Translations under genes and position numbers: made by a program
In this document: in pieces, positions 40,587-50,800 of the stretch
How the letters are laid out: each line of letters opens with the position of its first letter
Position numbering within the stretch: position 1 is the stretch's first letter
Notes under the pieces: generated by a model
Database searches by the model: none
Told to the model about the DNA's origin: nothing
What the model saw: the letters and a program-made list of their open reading frames with translations, nothing else
Origin: a virus
Lineage: Duplodnaviria; Caudoviricetes
Length of the DNA stretch: 64,000 nt
Strand: one strand, 5' to 3'
Virus record (IMG/VR): IMGVR_UViG_3300028833_000111
Coordinates: 30,801 to 94,800 of that record

Positions 40587-42971
40587 ATGCTTAAAATAAA
40601 AAATAATTCAAGAATTACTTTTCATTGGAAAGTTTCGCCTTATGATTATTCCAAAGATAAAGTAAACAGCATAATCTTGAAAGCAAGTAAGAAGTATTCT
40701 ATTCCAAAAGAGCATATTAGAGTTATTCCAGACTTTACACTTGCAGATGAAAGTGGGTCAGAAATTTCAATTAATAAAGATATTATACAGAACATTCAAG
40801 ACCCAAATTTCCAAGTTAAGTTGTTTAATGATTATCTTAAGTTGAATAATATTGACGGGTATGATTTTGAATTAATTAAAAAAATAGACTCTGAAATAAA
40901 TGCAAAAATTGATTACCAAGTTTACGATAAGTATAGGAGATATACTATCAAGTGGGTACGATGGGATAATTTTCTGTCTTATGGAGCCGACAACTATTTT
41001 GACTTTACAAATCTTAGAGACATTGTTCTGTTAAGTGGTAAGCCAGCAAATCAGAGTGGTAAAACTACATTTGCCATTGATTTGCTGCATTTCCTATTGT
41101 TTGGAAAAACAGAAAAGGCAGAAGTTCAAAGTAAGATATTTAATAAGCACAAACCAGAGGCTTCAAGTGTTATTGTTGAAGGCTGCATTAACATTGATGG
41201 TGAAGACTATATAATTAAGAGGACACTTTCAAGGCCTTCTTTGGATAAGAGAAGCGAGAAAAGTAAGGTTACACAGAAAGTCGAATACTATAAAATAGTA
41301 GGTGATGGAAGAGAGGAACTTGAAGATTATATAGATAACCAACAAGAAGAAAATACAGCTAAAACCAATAAGGTTATTAAAGAAGCATTAGGTAGGGAAA
41401 GTGACTTCGACCTTATTATGTCAATCACTGAGTCAAACCTTGATTCTTTAATTGGAATGAAGGAAACGGAAAGAGGTAGAATACTTTCACGCTGGATTGG
41501 TTTGCTGCCTATTGAAGAAAAGAATATGTACGCAAGAGAAAAATATAATTCTGAAATAAAACCATATCTTTTATCAAATAGGTACAATAGCGAAGCATTA
41601 AAACAAGAGAAAACTGCATTTGAGGTTAGGATAAAGAATAATCAGCAGATAATTGACGAAATCAACAAGGCTAATAAAGAACTGGATAAAGAAATTGAAA
41701 ATCTTGAAAATAATAAGAATATACTTATTCAGTCAAAACAAGCAGTTGATGAGAGTTTGCTTAAAGTAGATATTTCAACACTCAATGCAAGAATTGAAAA
41801 TCTTACAAATGAAGGTCTTAAAAAGAAATACGAAGTAGAAAAGGCTGATGCAAGAATCAAAGAAATAGGTGAAATTGATTTTTCAGTTGAAAAGTTTGAT
41901 AATGCAGTTACAAGTTTGACAAGTTTAGTTGAAAAGCGTGGAACGTTGCTTGCTGAACACAGAAATGTTAGTCACAACTTGGAGCACCTTAAGAAAAGCG
42001 AATATTGTCCAGTGTGTAAAAGGAAACTTGATAACGTGGACAATACAGAGCAAATAAAGGAAACAGAAAAGGAACTTTCAAGAATTGTAGATGAAGGTAA
42101 AAAGGTAAGCAAGGAAATTGAAGAAACTGACAAACTCATTAATTCAATGAAATCTAACAGAGATTTGTATAATGAGAAGTCAAGGCTTACAATGTCAAAT
42201 GCAGCGTTAGAGTTATCAATGTCTAAACTAAGGGAAGCATTGAAAGATGCAAGAAATACTTTGAAGGAGTATAATAAAAACAGTGAGGCAATTGATAATA
42301 ATAACAAACTATCAATACAAATTAACAACAACGAAATTCACTTAAAGGATAAGCGAAATCAGAAGGAAATTAATTTGAGAAACATTCTTAATAGAGAAAA
42401 TGAGATTGAGAATTTCAAGAAGGACATTTCAGATAGAGTTGAAATTTTATCTAAAATGGAAGAAGAGGAAAAATTGATACGAAACTGGAAGATATATCTT
42501 GAAATGGTAGGAAAGAATGGTATTTCTAAGATGGTATTCAGAAAGACATTACCTATTATAAATGCTAAACTATCTCAATTATTAAGTGATGTGTGTGACT
42601 TTGATGTGGAAGTAGGAATTAACGTTAAGAACGATGTAATGTTCTATCTTATTAAAGATGGTGTTAGGTCTGACTTATCAAGTGGAAGCGGATTTGAATT
42701 AACCGCTGCTTCATTAGCATTAAGGTCTGTACTTGCAGAGTTATCAACAATACCACGTAACAGTTTCGTTTTGATGGATGAAATAACTGGACGTGTTGCA
42801 CAAGAGAACTTTGAAAACATCCATAATCTTATAAATAAGATGTTAAAAAATTATGACTTTATATTTATGATAAGTCATTTGGATGCAGTAAAGTCCTGGG
42901 CTACAAGTAATGTTATTGTTGAAAAGGTTGATAATATCAGCAAAATTACTCTTATAAAAAATAATGTTTAG
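40587..42971 (+). CDS. SbcC/Rad50/gp46-like SMC-family ATPase
   Basis: NFLSY, Walker A NQSGKT, coiled coil with CPVC Zn hook, SGSGFE signature, Walker B LMDE, ISH. Confidence 0.9.
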   Translation: MLKIKNNSRITFHWKVSPYDYSKDKVNSIILKASKKYSIPKEHIRVIPDFTLADESGSEISINKDIIQNIQDPNFQVKLFNDYLKLNNIDGYDFELIKKIDSEINAKIDYQVYDKYRRYTIKWVRWDNFLSYGADNYFDFTNLRDIVLLSGKPANQSGKTTFAIDLLHFLLFGKTEKAEVQSKIFNKHKPEASSVIVEGCINIDGEDYIIKRTLSRPSLDKRSEKSKVTQKVEYYKIVGDGREELEDYIDNQQEENTAKTNKVIKEALGRESDFDLIMSITESNLDSLIGMKETERGRILSRWIGLLPIEEKNMYAREKYNSEIKPYLLSNRYNSEALKQEKTAFEVRIKNNQQIIDEINKANKELDKEIENLENNKNILIQSKQAVDESLLKVDISTLNARIENLTNEGLKKKYEVEKADARIKEIGEIDFSVEKFDNAVTSLTSLVEKRGTLLAEHRNVSHNLEHLKKSEYCPVCKRKLDNVDNTEQIKETEKELSRIVDEGKKVSKEIEETDKLINSMKSNRDLYNEKSRLTMSNAALELSMSKLREALKDARNTLKEYNKNSEAIDNNNKLSIQINNNEIHLKDKRNQKEINLRNILNRENEIENFKKDISDRVEILSKMEEEEKLIRNWKIYLEMVGKNGISKMVFRKTLPIINAKLSQLLSDVCDFDVEVGINVKNDVMFYLIKDGVRSDLSSGSGFELTAASLALRSVLAELSTIPRNSFVLMDEITGRVAQENFENIHNLINKMLKNYDFIFMISHLDAVKSWATSNVIVEKVDNISKITLIKNNV

Positions 42972-43713
42972 TAAATTTTTTAACTTAATGGCAAACCAAT
43001 ATGTTAATGATTTTAGCACCACCGTTAAAACCTATTATGATGAGTTGAAAAGATATAAACCAATTACAAGGGCTAGAGAGAAGGAATTAATCTATAAAGC
43101 AAAGAATGGCGATATTAATGCTCAGAATGAGATACTTACTGCTAATCTCAGATTCGTATTTAATATCGCCAGTCGATATAAAGGAAATGGTGCAGCAATT
43201 TCTGATTTAATTTCTGAGGGAAATTTAGGGTTAGTGAAAGCAATTCAAAAGTTTAACCCAGATAAGGATGTTAAGTTTATTTCTTATGCTGTATGGTGGG
43301 TGAGAAACGCAATGCAAGAGTTCATAAAGAAAAGACAAATGACTCTTAGTATTGAGAAAGAAGAGGATTCATTAAACACTGTTATAAATGATAGAACCAT
43401 GAAAGACAGTGAAGACGATTATGTTACAAAAAAAGAAGTGGTTCTTTCAAATGAAGAGGATGAAGAAAAACGTGAATTACAAAAGAATCAAAAAAGAATA
43501 ATTGATAAAATTCTTTCAGTCCTTTCAGAAAGAGAACGATATATAATAGAAGAATATTATGGCATAAGTGGAAAGAAAGAAAAAAACCTGGAAGAAATAG
43601 GCAATGAACTTGGAATCACCAAAGAACGTGTAAGACAAATAAAAATGGTTGGTTTAAACAAATTAAGGTCTGAGATATTGCTTATTGAAGGAGCAGATTT
43701 TATATTTAAATAA
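42964..43713 (+). CDS. Sigma-70 family RNA polymerase sigma factor
   Basis: NLRFV..IA..Y, DLISEGNLGL..A..KF, FISYAVWWVR, LEEIG.ELGITKERVRQI. Confidence 0.92.
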   Translation: MFSKFFNLMANQYVNDFSTTVKTYYDELKRYKPITRAREKELIYKAKNGDINAQNEILTANLRFVFNIASRYKGNGAAISDLISEGNLGLVKAIQKFNPDKDVKFISYAVWWVRNAMQEFIKKRQMTLSIEKEEDSLNTVINDRTMKDSEDDYVTKKEVVLSNEEDEEKRELQKNQKRIIDKILSVLSERERYIIEEYYGISGKKEKNLEEIGNELGITKERVRQIKMVGLNKLRSEILLIEGADFIFK

Positions 43714-43737
43714 TATTTATTATAAATTAATGTTATA

Positions 43738-44193
43738 ATGGCTACTAAAAAAGACGAAATAAAAAAGAAGGTTGCTGAAAAGAGAGAAGAAAAGAAAGCA
43801 GCTAAAAAATCTTCAACGAAGAAACAAACTAAGAAGGTTACAAAGGTTACTGAGGAACAATTGCCAAAAATTGCTGAAGAGGTTAATGAGCCAGCAGTAA
43901 TTGAGACAGTTGACTTAGAAAAGTTTAAAGATGAAAAAGGGGAGTATGACCTAACAAAAGCTACTGATACAGAAGTAAAAAGTGCTTTTAAACAATTGAA
44001 AAGCGATGACAAAATAGTTGTTACAAAAACAGAAGTTATTAATGGCGACCCATCTGTTATTGCTCCAGTTGAAGAAAAGGTTGATGAAGTAGAAGTTGTC
44101 GAAGAGAAAAAAGAAAGTACCGCTAAGAAAATAATAAGAAAGTTTAACCAAAACTTTGGTTATCTTTGGAATGGACAAATGATAGATTTTTAA
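43738..44193 (+). CDS. Lys/Glu-rich hypothetical protein
   Basis: 151 aa, follows an ATATTTAT motif. Confidence 0.6.
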   Translation: MATKKDEIKKKVAEKREEKKAAKKSSTKKQTKKVTKVTEEQLPKIAEEVNEPAVIETVDLEKFKDEKGEYDLTKATDTEVKSAFKQLKSDDKIVVTKTEVINGDPSVIAPVEEKVDEVEVVEEKKESTAKKIIRKFNQNFGYLWNGQMIDF

Positions 44194-44195
44194 AT

Positions 44196-44774
44196 ATGGC
44201 AACAGATTTTACAAAGCAAATGCTTAAAACTATAAGAGAAGGTGTTGAAAGAACAAAAGTTGAAAAGGCAACAGTTAAACCTTTGCCTCTTGAAACCGTT
44301 ATTACGGAAGAAGATAATTTTTTGACACGTGCAAAGATTCTTATGGAAGAAGCAGAAAATCAAAAAAAAAAGTTAAATGAGGATAAAGAATTTAATGATG
44401 ATAAGCATGAAAAATCTTTTCCTATAACTAAGAAAACACCTCAATTCGGTGATGTTAGAGTATCACAAGAGGAATCAATTCTTAAAACAATAGGAGAACA
44501 GGTTAAATTCAATGATGATTCATTATTATATTATCCTGATGCAGATGATTTGGTATTGAACGGTGAAATTCCATCAATGAATACAAGTTTCCAATTCAGA
44601 TTTAATGACCCATCTTCTGAGGGTATTTATATTTGGTCAGAAGGCTTGCAGTTAACAGATTCTAATTCAAGAACACTTGGTAAGATTCGTGACGCATTTT
44701 TAAACTGGAAACAAGGTCTTGTTCAAGATGGTGATTTAATGGATAAATTAAAGAAGGTATCCGAAAGGAACTAA
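44196..44774 (+). CDS. Hypothetical protein, probable head/core protein
   Basis: ATG at 44196; KQMLKTIRE and LNE segments. Confidence 0.55.
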   Translation: MATDFTKQMLKTIREGVERTKVEKATVKPLPLETVITEEDNFLTRAKILMEEAENQKKKLNEDKEFNDDKHEKSFPITKKTPQFGDVRVSQEESILKTIGEQVKFNDDSLLYYPDADDLVLNGEIPSMNTSFQFRFNDPSSEGIYIWSEGLQLTDSNSRTLGKIRDAFLNWKQGLVQDGDLMDKLKKVSERN

Positions 44775-44817
44775 ATTTTTCAACGTTTTAGATTTTTTAT
44801 TTTTGTTATTTTGTTTG

Positions 44818-44843
44818 AAACCCCTACTAGTAGGGGTTTTTTT
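44818..44843 (+). terminator. Intrinsic terminator
   Basis: AAACCCCTA-CTAG-TAGGGGTTTTTTT. Confidence 0.85.
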
Positions 44844-44877
44844 ATGTCTAAAAGATATTTATATAAAAATATTGTCT

Positions 44878-45093
44878 ATGAACGAAAACGAGAAGAAATT
44901 ACAACAAATTATAAGTGAGGAACTTAGTAAATCTGATGTTAATTCTATGATTAGCAGCAAGTTAAACTCTACATTATCTTCTCGTGAATTTAAACAGAAG
45001 GTTAAAGAGTTAAGTTCTGAGGTTGTAAGTGAATTATTCAAGATATTGTGGCAAAGAAATAATTTCTGGAAATCAAGTGTATCAAGAGCATAA
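44878..45093 (+). CDS. Small putative head protein
   Basis: ATG at 44878; LQQIISEEL. Confidence 0.55.
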   Translation: MNENEKKLQQIISEELSKSDVNSMISSKLNSTLSSREFKQKVKELSSEVVSELFKILWQRNNFWKSSVSRA

Positions 45094-45917
45094 TGAAGGT
45101 ATATATAAATGAAAATAAGTTAATTCTTATAAAAGAAAACGAAGAGGAAGAAGTTACCTTTTATAAGTTTTTTACTGAAGTCAAGAATTTTATAAAAGAC
45201 CTACTGGATGACCCTATTAATGCAAAGCCAAGTGGTTTTTTTAAGACTCACGGCATCAGTAAAAGTATTCTCTTGAACAAAATGATGGATAGAGACATTA
45301 TTTCTAAAAAAGAGAATATAGATGAGCCAAATGATGCTGATGGAAATATGAAATCAATGCATTATTTGCAATATAAAGTTCCAAGAAAAAATTTTGAACA
45401 AAAGATTAAAAGACTTTACACATATTTTTTCGAGAATGGTAAAAAAAAGAAAATTGATGAGTCTCTAGAAAACGAAGTAAGACCACAGCAATATGATTCA
45501 GTTGCAACATATGTTTTTTGCAAAGATAAAAAGGGAAATACTTGCATATTAGGAGGAAAAAGAAGAGGATATAATAATGGAGGTTTATATAATGTTCCAA
45601 CTGGACAAGTAGGGGATAAAATTTTTGACGAAACAGTAGTAGATGCTGCTGTTAGAGAAGTTAGAGAAGAAAGTGGCTTGGTTATCGACCAATCTTTGTT
45701 AAACGATATTGGTGATGAAGAGTATGAAAGTCGTTGGGGAATCTGCCTTGGAAAGAATTTTATGGCAGTTTTAGGAGGCACAATAGATGAACATCAACCA
45801 GGAAAAGGAGACGGTGAAAATGAACCATTCCAATGGATTCCAATAGATGCAGTTGGTTGTATGCCTTGGGCATTTGGACAAGATAAAAGAATATATAATA
45901 TAGTAAACACATTATGA
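45093..45917 (+). CDS. Nudix hydrolase fused to an N-terminal head-protein-like segment
   Basis: Nudix box G......DET..DAAVREVREESGL; N-terminus MKVYINENKLILIKE. Confidence 0.8.
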   Translation: MKVYINENKLILIKENEEEEVTFYKFFTEVKNFIKDLLDDPINAKPSGFFKTHGISKSILLNKMMDRDIISKKENIDEPNDADGNMKSMHYLQYKVPRKNFEQKIKRLYTYFFENGKKKKIDESLENEVRPQQYDSVATYVFCKDKKGNTCILGGKRRGYNNGGLYNVPTGQVGDKIFDETVVDAAVREVREESGLVIDQSLLNDIGDEEYESRWGICLGKNFMAVLGGTIDEHQPGKGDGENEPFQWIPIDAVGCMPWAFGQDKRIYNIVNTL

Positions 45918-46318
45918 AACAAGTAATTAAACTTACAGAATCAGATTTACATAGAATTATCAAGGAATCTGTGAAAAAAATATTAAAAGAAGCAACAGCT
46001 GGAGGGGCAGGAGGAGCCAGTGGAGGCCTTATTAATTTTAGTTCAAGCATTGGTAATGGCTCAGGTATGGCAGCTGGCGCAACATCTACTCTAAATGAGC
46101 CAGAAGGTAATGGTAATACTGTTATTCATGGAAAAGGTTTAACAGATAAAAAGAAAAAAAAAAGTGATACAGATATAATTAATCACGGAAGAGATTTATA
46201 TAATGCTACAGGCGATAAGGGTTCTTCAAAAGTTGAAGATAGCAGTTTCTTAGGCCCGGCAATGAAGCGTGGTGGAGGAAAAAATAATTCTACATCAATA
46301 CCAAAACATAGAGTATGA
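45914..46318 (+). CDS. Putative internal head protein, Gly-rich
   Basis: IKLTESDLHRIIKESVKKILKE. Confidence 0.55.
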   Translation: MKQVIKLTESDLHRIIKESVKKILKEATAGGAGGASGGLINFSSSIGNGSGMAAGATSTLNEPEGNGNTVIHGKGLTDKKKKKSDTDIINHGRDLYNATGDKGSSKVEDSSFLGPAMKRGGGKNNSTSIPKHRV

Positions 46319-46488
46319 TAGATTACTATGACGAGCATGGTATTTTAGACAATGTAAAAGTTGTAAATGCTGTAAAAGAAATAGACGAAAAGTTAAAAAC
46401 TGAGACAAATAAAGGCAAAAGAACGCAACTAATGTTCGAACAAATGCTACGTGGATTGTATTTAACACAAATTCAAGGATATTTATAA
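46315..46488 (+). CDS. 57-aa hypothetical protein (absent from ORF track)
   Basis: MIDYYDEHG...QIQGYL*, ATGA overlap with the upstream stop. Confidence 0.55.
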   Translation: MIDYYDEHGILDNVKVVNAVKEIDEKLKTETNKGKRTQLMFEQMLRGLYLTQIQGYL

Positions 46489-46506
46489 TTATAAAAAATC
46501 AAATAT

Positions 46507-47334
46507 ATGGATAGAAAGTATAATGTAGGCGATTTGAGAAGGATTATCAAGGAAAGAGTAGAGTCAAAGAATGAGTTTGAACCAGTCTTTGGCAAAAATG
46601 TACCAAAGGATAACAAGAAAATCAACGACCAGGCCTATCAAGACATTAAGAAAGAGACTGAAGCGTATGACGGAGGTTTGGGTGCAGAAAACAAGAAAGG
46701 TGTTGCTGTAACCCCGGCTAATAACAGAGGTATGTCTGACCTTGATTATGATTCAATATCAAAGCCATTTAAAGAGAAAGTAAAATCCCAGACAAAGGGT
46801 TATACTTCAGCAGAGAATGAGAAGCTCCATAAAGACGAGCCTTTTGGTAATGCTTACTATGATTCAAACAATTTAAGTAAGGACATTGCCGACCACGCTA
46901 AAGAAGCCAAAAAAGAAAAAGATAAGAGTAAGACAGATGGCTTGGTTAGCAGCAAATATAAGAAAGAAACAGAAGAAAACAGCGACACTATGTTTGAATC
47001 AAAGAAAATTAGCAAAATCCAATTTAAGCATACCCAGTTCCTATCAGAAGGGCATATGCTTTCTAAAGTACCTGATGAATTTAAGGTAGAAGGTAAAAGA
47101 TTTATCATGAAAGATACTGCTGATAATGAGTATCTTGTAGAATGGACTGATAAAAAGCCTAATGTTACGAAAAAGTTGAATAAAACTCAGGTTAATGAGG
47201 AAATGAAGAGAATTAAGGCTCTATATGATTATAAGAGCAAGGACTACTTCACAACAACTAACGCTCAATCAAGAGTAAATGAAAATAAAGAGTTTTCGGA
47301 TATGATTAATAAGGCTAGACAGTTGATGAAATAA
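46507..47334 (+). CDS. Putative prohead core/internal protein
   Basis: DLRRIIKE..ES and VNEEMKRIKALYDY. Confidence 0.5.
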   Translation: MDRKYNVGDLRRIIKERVESKNEFEPVFGKNVPKDNKKINDQAYQDIKKETEAYDGGLGAENKKGVAVTPANNRGMSDLDYDSISKPFKEKVKSQTKGYTSAENEKLHKDEPFGNAYYDSNNLSKDIADHAKEAKKEKDKSKTDGLVSSKYKKETEENSDTMFESKKISKIQFKHTQFLSEGHMLSKVPDEFKVEGKRFIMKDTADNEYLVEWTDKKPNVTKKLNKTQVNEEMKRIKALYDYKSKDYFTTTNAQSRVNENKEFSDMINKARQLMK

Positions 47335-47373
47335 TTAACAATAAGGCTTTTTTTAAACGTATTTGAAACTGAA

Positions 47374-48174
47374 ATGAAAAAAAATAGTGAAATGAGTGGA
47401 CAGAACATTATTAACGTTAATGTTCCTGGACCAAGTAGTGATAAGAAAGGTGTTGCAAAATATATTGGCCCATTCAAAGACGCTTTTAATTTTCTTGCAA
47501 ACGCTTCATTTTATTCAATTTTTAAAGTTTCTTGTGTAGCAGTTATCACAGTTACATTTATAATAGCAGCATCAATGTCTTATAAGGCACTTACAAGTGA
47601 TGCGTTTATAGATGCAATTGCTCAAAAAGTAACAAAAGCACAAGATGATAAAGAAAATAAGAATCAAGACATAAGAGACGATAAAGTAACACCAAAAATA
47701 CAGAAAGAAATTGAAGTTCTTTGCTATTCATTAGATGCTGACAGAGTGTTTATTTTTGAAATGCATAATGGAAAAAGAAACTCAACAGGATTGCCTTTTA
47801 GATATGCTGATATGTCTTACGAAGAAGTGAACGATAGTAAACATATCAATAGAGAAGGAATTAATTTCCAGAATGTACCTTTAACACTTTATAAATTTCC
47901 TCATTATGTGGCTGAACATGGATATATGTATGGAGATATTGAAGAAATTGCAAAAATTGACAAAGGATTTGCTGAAGAAATGGCAGCAATTGGAGGAAAA
48001 CACCTTGCAGTTGTATATGTAACAACAAATGGAGTTCCATTAGGATTTATTGGAGTTGCTTTTCATGACACCCCTAAATTTCATAATGAGTATATAAGAG
48101 GAATAATTGAAAGTCATGCAAGAGTAATAACGCCTCTTCTTGATTTGAGACAGCAAATAATATTAAATAACTAA
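47374..48174 (+). CDS. Putative holin (single TM plus GAF-like domain, T4 gpT-like architecture)
   Basis: One hydrophobic segment, then LDADRVFIFEMHNG...GFIGVAF GAF-like pattern. Confidence 0.55.
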   Translation: MKKNSEMSGQNIINVNVPGPSSDKKGVAKYIGPFKDAFNFLANASFYSIFKVSCVAVITVTFIIAASMSYKALTSDAFIDAIAQKVTKAQDDKENKNQDIRDDKVTPKIQKEIEVLCYSLDADRVFIFEMHNGKRNSTGLPFRYADMSYEEVNDSKHINREGINFQNVPLTLYKFPHYVAEHGYMYGDIEEIAKIDKGFAEEMAAIGGKHLAVVYVTTNGVPLGFIGVAFHDTPKFHNEYIRGIIESHARVITPLLDLRQQIILNN

Positions 48175-48175
48175 T

Positions 48176-48856
48176 ATGGGAAACACAGTATCAAGAAAGT
48201 GCCTTGCCATTTTTATGGCGTGTTTGCTAATAATATTAGGTTTGGTGGCGTTTACACATTATAAACTATCTCAAGCAAGTAAAAAAATTGCTGAGATAGA
48301 GTATAAGGATAGTGTAAATAACTATAACAAAATCTATTATGAAACAAGCATTAAGGAACTAAAAAAGAGGAATAGGCAACTATATGATTCTCTTGAGGCT
48401 AGTAGAGACAGGATTGATTATTTAGTACAATTTACTGCAAAGCAGCAATATAGTACTGGTAAAGTAATCATTAAGGAAAAACACGATACTGTTTATAAAG
48501 ATAGTATTAAAGAGCCTAAAACATTTGAATACACAAATGTCAATCCAAACGATACGATGAATTATAAATTAAAAATTAATTCATCAGAAGAACCAAATTG
48601 GTATTCATTGGATATTAAAACATCAACAAAATACACCATTGTTAATAAAGAACTTGAAAATGGACAAAACCATATAACAATTGGTGATGAAGGACATAAT
48701 GCTGACATTAGTGATGTTACAGTTTTTAAAAAGAAAAAGAAAACCTTCTGGGATAGATTTGCAGTCGGGCCATCAGTAACAGCAGGATATGATGTTTGCA
48801 ATAAGCAATGGGGAATAATGGCAGGTGGTTCAATAACTTTCGATTTAACAAAATAA
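48176..48856 (+). CDS. Spanin-like membrane protein
   Basis: N-terminal TM, coiled coil, basic cluster, C-terminal amphipathic beta strands; follows the holin-like gene. Confidence 0.45.
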   Translation: MGNTVSRKCLAIFMACLLIILGLVAFTHYKLSQASKKIAEIEYKDSVNNYNKIYYETSIKELKKRNRQLYDSLEASRDRIDYLVQFTAKQQYSTGKVIIKEKHDTVYKDSIKEPKTFEYTNVNPNDTMNYKLKINSSEEPNWYSLDIKTSTKYTIVNKELENGQNHITIGDEGHNADISDVTVFKKKKKTFWDRFAVGPSVTAGYDVCNKQWGIMAGGSITFDLTK

Positions 48857-48874
48857 GTTTATAAATAACAAATT

Positions 48875-48913
48875 AAATGCTTAATAATACTTTATTATTA
48901 GGCATTTTTTTTT
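48875..48913 (+). terminator. Intrinsic terminator
   Basis: AAATGCTTAATAATA-CTT-TATTATTAGGCATTT followed by a T-run. Confidence 0.7.
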
Positions 48914-48953
48914 ATCTTTTATGTAAAGATAAGATTTTCAAATTATTATAATA

Positions 48954-49406
48954 ATGTTACAGGATGAAATATTGAAATTGGGTGATTACTTTAGAGGAAT
49001 CGAATATTTTAACGATGCTCTTATTGTAAAAGTTAATTTCCCACCTAGGTGGCAGGTTTATCCTTCGATAGATGGCAATATAAAGCCTGCTAAGAGCGAG
49101 AAAAGTGTCGGAGAGTATTACTACTATGGTGATATGAATAAAGTGTCTCTGGATGATATTTTTTCAATTATCAAAGAAACTATAGAAGCAAATAAGGATG
49201 CTGAGTCGAAAATACAACTTCTCAATGATAAGGTGAACGAACTTAAGGAACTTTTCAAAAGAGAGCCATTTGAGAAACTTCTGAGGTTGAAATTCATAAT
49301 AGAAGAGGAAAAAGAAAAGAAGCCAAAGAGAAAATACACCAAGAGAAAGAAAGAAGAGAATGTTGTGGTGGCAGAAGAAACAATAACAGAAGATAAAAGC
49401 GAATAA
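48954..49406 (+). CDS. Hypothetical protein
   Basis: 150-aa ORF. Confidence 0.6.
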   Translation: MLQDEILKLGDYFRGIEYFNDALIVKVNFPPRWQVYPSIDGNIKPAKSEKSVGEYYYYGDMNKVSLDDIFSIIKETIEANKDAESKIQLLNDKVNELKELFKREPFEKLLRLKFIIEEEKEKKPKRKYTKRKKEENVVVAEETITEDKSE

Positions 49407-49408
49407 CT

Positions 49409-49600
49409 ATGGTAGAGTGGATTAAAGTAGAGGATGCGTTGCCAGAACTTAGAAAAATGTATATCTGTTGGACAAAGGCAGATTATGGTAATGGAATTGG
49501 AATAGGTTTTTACGATAAAGAAAAAGGAAAATGGATAATTGCCGACCAGGAAAATGATAACGTTGTTGCGTGGGCAGATTTTAATTATTTTGAAGGATGA
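49409..49600 (+). CDS. DUF551-like small protein
   Basis: WIKVEDALPE...VVAW. Confidence 0.6.
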   Translation: MVEWIKVEDALPELRKMYICWTKADYGNGIGIGFYDKEKGKWIIADQENDNVVAWADFNYFEG

Positions 49601-49953
49601 ATCTAATTATATTTTTCTTATTGGTATACGGCATTTGTAATATAATAGTGTATGCAAATGGCCCATTTCACATATTCATAAATATGCACGCATATTTAAA
49701 AGAACATGAGCACAATATGCTAGAGGAAATGTTCTCTTGTATGATATGCTTGCCAACATGGGTTGGTATGTTTTTGAGTGCTGTTAACCTTATATTTTTC
49801 CCGTATGCTCCATTTACCCCTATGAATATGGTATTGTATGCTGAAAACTTATGGCCTATTGTAATATTCTTTGATGGATTAATTGCATCGGGTGGAAACT
49901 GGTTGATACATACATTCCAAGAAATGATGGAAAGAGTAAATAGTAACGAATAA
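49597..49953 (+). CDS. DUF1360-like membrane protein
   Basis: Three hydrophobic segments, CMICLPTWVG. Confidence 0.55.
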   Translation: MNLIIFFLLVYGICNIIVYANGPFHIFINMHAYLKEHEHNMLEEMFSCMICLPTWVGMFLSAVNLIFFPYAPFTPMNMVLYAENLWPIVIFFDGLIASGGNWLIHTFQEMMERVNSNE

Positions 49954-49957
49954 TAAT

Positions 49958-50215
49958 ATGAGTGGAGATTACGAACTAAATAGAGAGTTAAGAGGTTGGA
50001 AAAACGACAAACTTATGACTGAACGTGCTGTTGAGTCTGAGAAGAATCGCTGGGCTGAAATGCTTAAGGGAGAACTTGGGCAAGACATCAAAGACGTTGT
50101 TAGCGGAAAGAAAAAGGTTAAACTAACCTTCAATGAAGTTTTAAACTATAAGTTAAGATTTTATAAAAATAAGATTAAAAAAATGTTCACGAAAGATGAA
50201 GAGCACATTGTATGA
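49958..50215 (+). CDS. Hypothetical protein
   Basis: ORF in a coupled run. Confidence 0.55.
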   Translation: MSGDYELNRELRGWKNDKLMTERAVESEKNRWAEMLKGELGQDIKDVVSGKKKVKLTFNEVLNYKLRFYKNKIKKMFTKDEEHIV

Positions 50216-50798
50216 GAAAGTTAAGTATGTTGTAGAGAGACTTTTATTTCATGGAAAAAAGTTTGTTGAAGACACAGGAGAAGTTTTTAAGAATAGAATT
50301 GACACAGCAGCAGAAGCAAGTGAGTTGCTAAGAACAACTGCAAGTATAAAAGATTTATATGCCATTAAAGATGCAGTTATAGGAAATCGCTTCAATAATG
50401 GAAAGTTTAACTCCTATATGTCCAGCGATGAGTATACATTATATGATGATTATGGATATAAACTATATTATTTCAATGGAGAAAAGGCTGATTTCATAAA
50501 TGATGAGGAATTACTAAAAGTATCTAAGATTATAGGTGCTGTGAACAAAATAAAAAATAAGGCACGTCCTGTAAATTATGTTTATGCCATAAGAACTAAT
50601 GGAAAATATCAATATTTCTTCCAATTAGATGAAGGTAAAAACGGGTCTGGTGATTTTGTTGATGATGATATGAAAAACGTTATTAAATGCCTTGATGCTA
50701 TGAAGGAAGCAGGAGCGGGTTGGCGTTGTGTTACTGATGTTGTCATTGATGTTCAAGATGATGTTTCAGCTTGGGCAATAACATTTACAATTGAATAA
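50196..50798 (+). CDS. Hypothetical protein
   Basis: 200-aa ORF. Confidence 0.6.
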   Translation: MKSTLYEKVKYVVERLLFHGKKFVEDTGEVFKNRIDTAAEASELLRTTASIKDLYAIKDAVIGNRFNNGKFNSYMSSDEYTLYDDYGYKLYYFNGEKADFINDEELLKVSKIIGAVNKIKNKARPVNYVYAIRTNGKYQYFFQLDEGKNGSGDFVDDDMKNVIKCLDAMKEAGAGWRCVTDVVIDVQDDVSAWAITFTIE

Positions 50799-50800
50799 GT

